DNA from: the human T2T-CHM13v2.0 reference genome, Homo sapiens
Strand: one strand, 5' to 3'
Assembly: GCF_009914755.1 (NCBI RefSeq)
Contig: NC_060925.1
DNA: 64,000 bases
The position numbers were made by a program, and so were the translations under genes. Below the pieces are notes generated by a model. It ran no database searches, had not been told where the DNA came from, and saw only the letters and a list, made by a program, of their open reading frames with translations. Of this stretch, positions 12,876 to 25,480 are shown in pieces. Each line of letters starts with the position of its first letter. Positions within the stretch are counted from its first letter, which is position 1.

Positions 12876-15148
12876 GTGATGAAGGTGGGCTGTGAAATGT
12901 GTGTCTTATTCTATGCATGTGAGTCCGCTGGAACCAACTTTTCCACTTGGAACACAATCTCAGTGCCTTTCAGCAGGTAACCGGCGCCAGACCAGATCTC
13001 CAGAGATGGAGGTGGTCGGCCTCAGGGCCCAGCCATGAGAAGGTGTATGAGGAGGCATCGCATCAGGCGCCCACCCTGTGCTTGCAGGGCCTGACCATGA
13101 GCGCCGCCTTCAGTTTTACACCTTAGGCACCCCACTTGGCTCCCCTTCGTCCCAGCCCTGCCAGACCCACCCTTGACTCTGTGTTTCCTTTCTGGAAACT
13201 CGAGAGGCCATTTCTACTTAAAGAGTCCTCACCTGGCCTACCAGCGACCAGATCTGCCCAAGTGCAGAAGAAACACTTGGTTATCTCCTCTTTCATCGTC
13301 CCCGCTCGAGCATAAAACAACAGAAAGTTTCCTATCGGAACAGCATGCTTGTGCCAAAAACAAATTAGAAACAACAACAACTTCTCAAAATTTTGAGCAA
13401 AATGATGGTGACCGTGTTCTGGAAATGGAGCAAAGTGAGTGAGCCACTGTCACTGTTACATCTGACAATCACTACTGGTACTTGGCTAAATATTGCAGCC
13501 ACCTCTTCAGGCTACACATGTCAGGTGTACCAGAAGCACCTTCCGCCTCCAGCTCACTTCTGGGAGATATTTAGAGCTGACTCCTCTCCCCTCCCCAGTC
13601 TCCAGCCACCAGCAAGCTCTCTCCTTGGTGTCCCCAGCTCCTGCCCCTCATGCTGATAGAAGCATTGCCCGCTGTTCTTCCTGTTCTTACAGGTTTCCTA
13701 GTGCCTGTGACCAAACACCTTGTGTGTGCTCCCCAGGAGAGAAAACCGCTAGCAGCCTCAGGTATTGTTGGGGGTGGGGAGGATGGGGGTTCTGTGGGGA
13801 CAGGAACTTCTTCCTCTGTATTGGGGGTGGACACACACACGGAAACTTAGAGCGGTGTACTACCTCCAGGCCAACCAGGCAAGTCCCTGTTTTATAACTA
13901 AGGTCTAGGTGAGGTGGCCTGCCCGGGGTCCCATGGCCTGTTAGGGGTAGAGATTTCTAGTCACTTGACTTCCAGCCTGCTTCTTTTCCATGGATCACAC
14001 ACACACTACTGTTACAAGACACAGGTAGGACAAAGGGCATGAACATGCATGGCAAAATGAACATGCACGGCAAATGGGAACATGTCATATATACAATGGA
14101 AGGGAAGACAAATGACATGAAGTAAATATAGACATGAAATCATAGGGAAGAATTGGAGATCACGATTTCTGATGACCACCAGCTATTCCCACTTCCTCTT
14201 TGCTTCTCCCTCCCACCTTGTTTGAAGACAGGTGAGGAGTTGTTCCTCCTCAGACCCAGGAATCATTTCCCAGTGGAATGACACGGTGAAGTGGATCGCC
14301 ATTTTTAAACCTTCAATAATAAAGATCTTGTGTGTCATTTCAGTTTTAATTTTTTATCGTCCAGTCTTTACTCTCCATCATTTCTTTATCCCAGAAGCCC
14401 CATTAAATGTCATTAAGAGCCATAAATGTAACTGGCCACTAATGTGGAAGGATTGTGATCTCCGGCAAACAGCCCCGGCAAGCAAAAGAACAGGAATCCT
14501 GGGTCAGTTTCCAACTGTGCCTGTGACTCACTGTGTGACACAAAGCAAAGCTCCACTTTTGCGGAGGGAGAGCTGTGGGGCAGCGAGACACACATAGCCT
14601 GGGCCCTGACAGAGGTGGAGGGGTTTCCCTGCATGCAGGAAGCTCAGGGGTCCCTGTTGGAATCCAGTTCCATAGTAACTCCTTAGTAATGGCCATGAGC
14701 TGTGCCTCCAATGGAGACACTACCATGGCTTGGACTGGATTGTGGCACTTGCCCTTCGTGACATCATTCTCATAGGTTAGGAATGCACCCTGATTATTTC
14801 TAACTCCACTTTAATAACTTGTTCTGGATCTGCCCTCCAGGAATTTATTTGAAACTTTCTTTATTCTATTTATATTTCAGCCTGTACAGCCTTTTCAGGC
14901 AACAAGTAGATTTACCATTTATGTAAAAACACTTAATTCTAAAACACAGGAAGTGCTGCATAATGGTTTGTTATAATAATCACAATAATTTGATATCTAT
15001 ATTGTTATACATAACAAATATTATATTATAGTTTGATGATAATTATTCATGCAGATGGCCTCACAGGCTTCATATTTTCAGTCACTCACTATCTTTGTGT
15101 TTATCCCCTCACCCACCTCTCCCCAACCCCAATCAAAAAGTATCTCTT

Positions 15149-15570
15149 GGCTGGGTACAGTGGCTCATGCCTTTAATCTCAGCACTTTGGGAGGCTGAGG
15201 CAGGAGGATTGCTTGAGCTCAGGAGTTTGAGACCAGCCTGGGCAACATAGTGAGACCTCATCTCAATTTTTAAAGAATTTTTTTTTTTGAGATGGAGTTT
15301 TGCTCTTATTGCCCAGGCTGGAGTACAGTGGCATGATCTCAGCTCACCGCAACCTCTGCCACCCGAGTTCAAGCTATTCTTATGCCTCAGCCTCCCGAGT
15401 AACTAGGATTACAGGCGTGTGCCACCACGCCTGGCTAATGTTGTATTTTTAGTGGAGACGAGATTTCTCCATGTTGTTTAGGCTGGTCTCGAACTCCAGA
15501 CCTCAGGTGATCTGCCCACCTTGGCCTCCCAAAGTGCTGGGATTACAGGTGTGAGCCACCACGCCTGGCC
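15149..15570. mobile_element. FLAM/left-arm Alu (+, 15149-15267) adjacent to an AluS (-, 15278-15570)
   Basis: Alu consensus in opposite orientations. Confidence 0.9.
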
Positions 15571-15731
15571 AGAAATTGTTTTTAAGTGTCATAGTGAAGA
15601 TGAGGGGCGGGGGAAGCATTTATTAATGGAATTAGGTGCTGTAATGGGTGCAACTCTGTGCAGAAACTTACCTAAACAGATTCAATGTCCTCTAAGGACT
15701 TGTTATCTAAGATCAACATATGGTAGGTGCT

Positions 15732-16122
15732 TGTCTTAGTCAATTTGGGCTGCTATAACAAAATACCGAAGACTGGGTGTTGTAAACAACAGATATTTAT
15801 TTCTTACAGTTGTGGAGCCTGGGGAATTCAAGATCAAGGTGCTAGCAGATTAGTGTCTGGTGAGGACCGGCTCCCTGGGTTGCACACCTGCCTTCTTGCT
15901 GTGTCCTCACGTGGCCTTTCCTTGGTGGTGTGCCTGTGAAGAGAGAGAGAGCTCTCCTGTCTTTTCCTCTTCTTCTAAGGGCACTAATTCCATCATGAGG
16001 GCACCATCCTCATGACCTAATCCAAACCTAATGATCTCTCAAAGGCTGCACCTCCAAATACCATTATACTTCGGGTTAGGGCTTCAACATACAATTTTGG
16101 AGGAGACACAAACATTCATCCC
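15732..16122 (-). mobile_element. MaLR LTR (MLT1A/MST-like)
   Basis: TGTCTTAGTC..GGGCTGCTATAACAAAATACC terminus. Confidence 0.8.
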
Positions 16123-16217
16123 ATTTATTTGGTGCTCAATAAATATTGGATGTATGAATGGATGGAATAAAAAAAGATAAACCTGTGTGGTAATTGGATA
16201 GAAAACACATGGACATA

Positions 16218-17240
<1,023 letters not shown>

Positions 17241-17650
17241 TATATGACATTCTGGCAAAGGCAAAACTATGGAGACTAAAAAGATCAGTGGTTACCAGGG
17301 GTTGAGGAGTGGGGGTGATGAACAGGTGGAGCACAGAGGGTTTTTGGGCCAGTGAAACTATTCTGTATGATACGATAATGGTAGATACTTGTATTTAAAA
17401 ATCTGCCCGAACCCATAGAATGTACAACACCAAGAGTGAACCCCAGTGTAAACTATGGATTTCAGGTATTAATAATTTGTTAATTAGGTTAATTGATTGT
17501 AACAAACGTGCCAGTCTGGTGGGGGCTATTGATAAAGGAGGTGGCTATACAAGTGTGGGAAGAGGAAGTATATGGGAAATTGAGTACTTTCCACTCAATT
17601 TTGCTGTCAATCTAAAACTGTTCTACACAATAAAGTTGATGTTTAAAAAA
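17241..17650 (+). mobile_element. L1MC-like 3' end
   Basis: ATGACATTCTGGCAAAGGCAAAACTATGGAGAC...AATAAAG. Confidence 0.78.
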
Positions 17651-18199
17651 GCCAAGTGATGTGGTAACACCTTTCTGTAGAGTTCATTCCGCTGTAGCGT
17701 CACATAGATTTGGGCTGGAATCTGAGCCAAGCCCTGTAACCTGGGGAAAGTTACTTACCCCTCTAATCTTAGTTTCTCTAACTTTATAGAGATTGTAATG
17801 CCTTCCTCAGAGTGTTTTGAGAACTAAATGCAAAACTGTATGTAAAGAATCTAATCCAGCACCTGGATATACAGCATGGTAAATATATACAGGCCTCCCC
17901 GTTCCTCCCTATGACTGTGATTCTTATCTCTTCTGATGGCTACTATTTTCAAAGTCAGCCAGGGGAAGAAAGCTGTCTTCTACTAGGTGAAAGTGTCTTC
18001 TACTAGGAAAGGAATCTGTGCATGGGGGCATGTGTGTCCTCAGTTGCTCATGTGTGTCCCCAGAGGTGCTGGCTACAGAAGGCCAGACATGCACTGGAGC
18101 CCCAGATCAGTGTCAAGCCCCTCACTCAGCTTTCTCCCGTGAAAAGGTCAGGATGATGGAAGGCTGTCATATTTAGATGATGGCTCGAAGGGAAGCCTC

Positions 18200-18330
18200 G
18201 GTGGGTTAGTCACCTATGATATGACATCATATGGCCACTCAATATAGTAACAGCTGTTGGTTGCTTTGTGGGGCGGAGGTGGGGTTAGCTTCAGTTGACC
18301 AACCATGCCTTGAGGATAAATTGGATGGGA
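18200..18330 (+). promoter_or_regulatory. ATF3: ATF3 P1 promoter: AP-1-like TTAGTCA (18206-18212), CRE-like TGACATCA (18222-18229), E-box AACAGCTGTT (18249-18258), GC box (18270-18279), TATA-like GATAAATT (18315-18322)
   Basis: Motif cluster directly upstream of the P1 exon; CpG-poor promoter. Confidence 0.72.
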
Positions 18331-18421
18331 TCAGATGGGAAGATGTGACAAGAAGAGAAATCCTCCTCTATATAGGATGCTCTGCTGTTTCCTAAGGATT
18401 TTCAGCACCTTGCCCCAAAAT
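18330..18421 (+). other. ATF3: ATF3 P1 alternative first exon; donor AAT|GTGAGT at 18421/18422 (TSS approximate)
   Basis: Sequence ...TTCAGCACCTTGCCCCAAAAT matches my recall of the P1 transcript 5'UTR; perfect intronic GTGAGT; ~43.3 kb upstream of P2. Confidence 0.8.
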
Positions 18422-19049
18422 GTGAGTCTTGACTTTTTCTCTGGCTTTGGGGCTAAGTGGGAAAAATGTTACAGGAGAAAGGTGTTTGGTCAGGAAGCCT
18501 CCAGTTGGGGGAGTACCCACTGTGGCCCTGCTGGGTGGGTGCCACCCAGAAGAGGGGTGGGAAAGTGAGCAGTTCGGTGCATATGGTACCCAATGAAGTG
18601 ATCTGAGGGATAGGGATCGAAAAGTCCTGGAGTTAGGGTGCTGCAGAATCTCTAGGTTGGATTAAGTTTTTTACTGACCCCTCTGCAGGTTACATAACAC
18701 CTGTGGGACGACCTGTGGCATCCCAGTGAGGCAGCGATGCCATCTCGGTCTCATCCAGGATGAAACCGTGGTTTGGGGATACCACTAGTCAGTGCTGTAG
18801 TCAATGTAGGGCATTGATTACTCATAATGGGAAGCCACTGGAGTTGGTTAACCCCTTCCTTCTAGTGTGTTCTCCTCCTTGACATTCCTGCCTGTTCTGG
18901 GGCCCTTGTGTTTTGGGAATAGAATGCTTTGTATCAGCAGTGTAACATGGATAGGTTAACTGGATATGGGCTGGATATGGGGAGAGCTGGTTCTTCCTGT
19001 GTTTAAACTGGAATAAGTCCAGAGTGAGGAAGTAAAGAGGTTAGAGAGG

Positions 19050-19425
19050 AAAAGCCCTGGAGTGAGGGTCAGGAGATCTTGTTTGGCAGCTGGTTCTGCC
19101 AAGTAAAAGCTGTGTGACCTTGGGCAAGTCATTGTTTCTCTTTAAGTTTTGGTTACTCCTCTCATCTGTAAAAACATGTGCACTTGGGGTTCTTCCAGCC
19201 CCACTAGTCCTCTTCTGTCCTTTAAGTGTGGATCTGTGGTTCTGTTGTTGGCACACCAGAAAGGGCACAAGTTTGAGTGTCTGGCTCTGCCATTTGCTGT
19301 GCGACCTTGGACAAGGACACCCCTTCTCTGAAACTCAATTTTCCCATTTATAAAATATGGGTTATTATGAGACATCAGTGAGGATGAAGCTGAGAGCCTT
19401 TTCAGAGGCACAATGTGGATGTAAA
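19050..19425 (+). mobile_element. Two MIR fragments
   Basis: GCTGTGTGACCTTGGGCAAGT and CTCAATTTTCCCATTTATAAAAT cores. Confidence 0.65.
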
Positions 19426-22400
19426 GCAACACCCTGAGTTTGGACAGGGCAGGTGGGGTAAGGCAGGCTGAGGGGTGATGTTTGGGGTTACTGGCAGGTT
19501 GAACTGTGACCAGGGCATAGAGGGGGTGGAGGTCACGGTCAGCTGTGCCATAGAAACCTCCTGCCCTGTCCTGCTCAGTTCCTGTTCCTTTCCCAGCAGC
19601 CGAGGAAGGGGAAACAGTTGAGAGGTTATAAATGACGCTGAAAACAGCTCACAAAAGTGTCTGAGGGGGTCATGCTGCTGGAGCAAAGCACGCGCTGGGA
19701 AGCCCATCCAGGGTCTGGGGACCCCTGAAAATTGAGCAGCCTCCTGGTTCCTATTGGTGCCCAAGAGGATGCACCTCCTGCACTGCTTGGCATCACTTCC
19801 TGGGAAAGTAAAACCTCGTACGGCGAGTAATGGATCACAACTGAACAGTGACCAGAGTGACCTGTCTCGAGCCATCTCTGAGGGAAAGTCACAGATTCCC
19901 TAGAGAAAGTCTCCAAATTCCTGTTTATTCTTCACATAAACAGATTAACCTAGGGGTAGCGATTTTACTTAACTCTTCCTTTCATGTTGCAGCGAAAGCG
20001 AAATTGGCCACTTCTTTGAAGCTGTTCTTTGAGCCATAAATATAATTTCTCTTCCCGCCCACAGAAAGGGGTTTTCTTTTTCTTTCTTTCTCTCTTTTTT
20101 CTTTTTTTTTTTGAAGCCCCAGGCACTGAGACGTTCAGAGGTTGGCAGGAGGTGCAGCTGCCGTAGGAGCAGCATGCTGTCCCCCTGCTGACTCATCTGA
20201 CATTAACATAATTATGTTTCAGAAGTCAAAGTGATTTTCAAACTATGAGTAATGCAGGGTGTTAGAGAGAGTGTTTACACGGCAGTGGGCATTTCAGCAC
20301 ACTCAAGAAACCAGCTGCTGTTAACAGCTGCAATGAGTGAAGAAATAAGAAAATGCTCTCAGGAAAAACAGCCCTTCTCTCTTGTCTCTGTTTCTGTGCA
20401 AAGGATTCAGATGTCATGAAAGGCAGGTGAACTTAAGAGTTCCCTGAGGACCAATCCAGATCTAGCATTGTTATCTGAATGCCTTGATGTCTGATCTTTT
20501 TATAGGGAAAAAAATGTCTTTATAGCTTATTTTCCATTTACTCAACTCTAGGGAAAGGTGGATTTAAAGAGCTTAGCAAATTATTTATTTTTTATAATGC
20601 TACCGGTGTTAATAATTATAATAATAGTCTAAGGTTGTGCTGCTGCTTCTAAAATAGGAACAAGGACAAAAATCATTTCCCCCAGTTTTAAAGATGGGGG
20701 CAGAAGCCCATGGGGAGGGGGACTGGGAAATGTCTTCTTAAAGCTCCTTTGTCTCATTATTATGGGAAAAGTTCTGAGAGCCGTGGAGTGCAGTGTGCCA
20801 AGTATTTAGACCTCAGGAGAGAAAAACTGGGCTCCAGTCCTGTTCCAGAACTGAATATTGGAATGGGAATGCCTCAATTTCCTCATCTCATAATGAGAAT
20901 ATTAATAACACTTTCTTTGCCTATGTCAGAAGAAGAGCCTTGAACTTTTGTAGGGTAGGGACAGGGTCTGCCGACTATTATAGCCCCAGTTTCTAACTTA
21001 GAGCCTGCACATAGAAGGTGCTCAGTAAGTATTTGCAGAATTAATGAATGAGATAAAAGCTATAAACGCCAGAGCTCTGCTCTTGTGGTTTGTTACTGCA
21101 TCTAGCAAGGTGTCATTCACATGGAGAGTGGTCAATAATTTTTTTAATGTGTTAAGAAAAAAATCATGAACTAATTATACATTCACTTATACATAAGTTA
21201 TTCATAAACAAATTGGTTATTATTTTGGGGCTACCAAGCTGAATTACACACAAAAATATTTCTGTTTACTTAAGAATGTCTTTAATGACCAACACAATTT
21301 TATTAAGCCTCGTCTCTTGAGTATATATCCTTTGCATGCTCCACATTTGCATCATGGAAAAAGGAGCCCCAGAGAAAGAGCACACCAAAAACATCGACCT
21401 ACCCTGAACTAAGGGGCTCAGGCGTGTTTTTGTGGACTACTTGTATTGAGTGATCTCTTCCTCCTGGACCCATTAATAATTATTGTTAGGCTTACTTCAA
21501 GTAGTAAATTTAAGCCAGTCCATTCATGGCAAATCAATCCAAAATGGCCATTAAGGAGAGTCAGGATCTGTGGTCCCATCCCAAATATTTGAAGATGATG
21601 CCAGAAAGCAAATTTAGTGTGTCCTCCTGGTGACTGTCATTTGGTATTTCTGTCCTAGGCCGATTCTCCGATGGGGGTAAATACAGGCTAGGGCATTTCT
21701 AATGTCTAAACCTCCACTGCTCTCTTTCTCTCAAAATTGCCTGTCCAACACAGTCATAATTTCACCTCCCCAACTCCGTCGTTACTGTAGGTTTATTAAT
21801 GTTTGTTGGACCGGCATCCTAATTTGGGTGTGGGTGACTATTCCTTAAGGCATCTCAAGTAAAAAGGCTCCTTACTTCTGATCCTGGTTTATTTATTTTA
21901 AAAATACTTGTAAATTTAATATTAATTTAATAGGGTTTTTAAGTTAGTAGCAGGTTGCTGAAGGATCTAAATGTTTAACATATATTCTAAAATAAACATT
22001 GGCTGTTTAGAGCCCTTACAGAATAAACTTATTTGAATTTTTCCCCTGGCACCCTTTTCTTTATTTCTTCTACTCTTTCTTCCTTTCCTCTTTTCCCATC
22101 TCTCCCTCCGTCTTTTTCCTCCCTGCCTTCTTTTCTTTTTATTATCTTGTGTTTCATTTGTTTCTTTGTTGCTTTTGGTAAACGTCTTTCTAAAAAGTAT
22201 GTCTGGAAAGAGATAAGAGAAACTGATTAAAGAGCCTAGGACGAGGTAGAGAGACTTTTCATCATATACACTTTCTGACTTCGAATTTTTAATAGTGGCA
22301 ATACTTTTTCCCCAATAAAAAAGTTAACCAGAACAGAGTTGTACACCCTTCTTGTTTTCATTTTTCCACTTTTCTAATGCGAGCCTATTTCCTCCTTACT

Positions 22401-24337
22401 AGGATGAAAGACAGGAATGGCTTCCAAAGGAAAATGGGGAGAAGAGAAAGGAGACAGTAGACAGAAGCTCAATGCCTGTGTGTCCACAGTGGAGACGCAG
22501 GGGAAAGAGCTAGTGTAATAGAACCAGTAAATTTTTTTTTGGCTTTTTTTTTTCACTCGAAATGTAAACATCTTCCCACTTCATTCTTTCCACCTCATAA
22601 GAATTCTTCTTCTTCTACAACATAATTTTTAATGATTGTACAGGAGTTCCAATTAATGTAATTTTTTTAATGTAGTTTACCTTACTAATACTCTATGTTA
22701 AACATTTGGGTAATATCTGATTCATCAATATTGTAAATAGTACTGTAATAAACATTATTGTAGCTAAATCTATGTTCATGGCAATTCTTATTTACTTTAA
22801 ATATATTTCCTCAAAAAGAATCAACATATTTCTCAAAAATAAATAAACCAAATAATATATGAATCATAGTCTTTGATATATGTTGCTCTTGATGTAATTT
22901 TAATTTCTATAGACACAAAGAAATTTTCCACATGTTTGTTAACAGGTTTATTTTCTGTTTATGAATCTTCTGTTCAGAGCCTTTGCCTGTACATCTGTTG
23001 GAATCTTAATATCTGCAGTGATTTAAAATGTTTTATAATATGTAAAATATACCAACAAAGACCTCCCTATCTATTATTTTTTTAAAGTAATAATAATTCC
23101 CTGGCTTGACATTTACATTTGAATGTAAGTTATATTTATATATTTTTGGCACAGAGAGATTTTAAGATTTAAAGCAATCGAATCTGTCAATTTTTTTTTC
23201 TGGAGAATTACTTTTTCCACTTAGAACTTTTAAAATTATTTCATATTTTCTTCTAATAGAAAACAGCCTTTTAAAGGTAAAATTTCCATATTTTATGTAA
23301 TTACAGGGAAATGCACAAATCTTAAATGGATCATTCAGTAAGTTTTGACAAATGACAGATGCATATGCCTAGCAAGATATAAAACTCAAAGGGTATGACT
23401 TTTTCAGGTGATGGTTGCACATATCTATGAGGATACGAAAAAACAATGAATTGTACACTTTAAATAAGTGTGTTATATAAATCATATCTATAGACTTTTT
23501 TAAAAAATGGAAATTACCATCATCCCGGAAAGCTCCCTCGTGTTCTCTCCCAGCTGGTCCTCACTCCTACTCTACCCATATAGGCAACCACAGATTTTAG
23601 TTTTTTCATCATTAGTTTGGTCTGTTTTTGACCTTTATATGGAATGGAGTCACACAGCATGAACTCTTTTGCATAAGGTTTCTTTGACAGCATAATGTTT
23701 TTGAAATTCATCTGTGTTGGTGAGCTTCAGGAATTTGTGTCTTTGTTACTAAAAGTAAGCTTTCATTATAGTATGTCTATATGACAGTTTATTTATTCCT
23801 CTATTGATAGACACCTAGGCTGTCCCCAGTTTGGTGCCATTATGAATAATGAAACTATGAACATTGTTGTAAATGTCCTTTTATAGACATATGCTTTCAT
23901 TTTTCTTGGATAAATACCTATGGGTGGAATTGCTGGGCATAGGATAGATGTATATTTCATTTTATAAGAAACTACCAGCCTTTTCTCCAAAGGTGTTATA
24001 CCATTGTACACTCCCACCAACAATGCATGAGAATTCAGTTGCTCCAAATTTTTGTCCACATTTGGTGTTGTCAGACTTTTCTATTTTAGCCATTCTGTTG
24101 GGTGTGCAGTGGTAGCTTATTGTAGTTTAAATTTGCATTCCCTTGATAAAGTTATTGAACATTTTTTCATGTGCTTCCGGTTTTTCTTTATTTTATTTTA
24201 ATGTGTATGTATTTTACATCTAACTATATCTCTTTATCCATCAAAAGTTATTTTGATTATGATTTGAGGTAAATCTCTAAATTAATTTTTTTCTAAATAA
24301 TCAGTTAACCCAGAACAATGCATTAAATAATACTTTT

Positions 24338-24949
<612 letters not shown>

Positions 24950-25172
24950 GCCAATACTTTTATTCTCTGCTAATTTGTGATGCTTTATTTACCATAAAGT
25001 TCTCATATGTACAGTGGTCTCAGAATATCTATTCTATGTCTTGATATGTACATTTTTACACTTGTTCTTTTGCAAGTTCCATACTCTTATCGATACTTGC
25101 TTTTAAAAATGATTTAAGAGCTGGCAAGGCCCCAGTCTCATCATTCCTTTTCATGTTCAACATTTTCTTTGT

Positions 25173-25480
25173 TGCCGGGCGTGGTGGTTCACGTCTGTAA
25201 TCTCAGCACTTTGGGAAGCAGAGGCGGGCGGATCCCCTGAGGTAGGGGGTTCGAGACCAGCCTGACCAAGATGGAGAAACCCCCATCTCTACTAAAAATA
25301 TAAAATTAGCTGGGCATAGTGGCGCATGCCTGTAATCCCAGCTACTCAGGAGGCTGAGGCAGAGAAGGATGGCTTGAACCCGGGAGGCGGAGGTTGCAGT
25401 GAGCTGAGATTGCACCATTGAGCTACAGCCTGAGCAACAAGAGTGAAATTCAGTCTCAAAAACCAAACAAAACAAAAAAC
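25173..25480 (+). mobile_element. Alu (AluSp-like)
   Basis: CCTGACCAAGATGGAGAAACC variant; TSD AACATTTT(C/A)TTTG. Confidence 0.92.

Noticed and set aside
18422-18568. Unspliced continuation of ORF 18335-18568 as a 77-aa protein
   Set aside because: Crosses the P1 donor into intron; only the exonic 29 codons are considered, as a uORF
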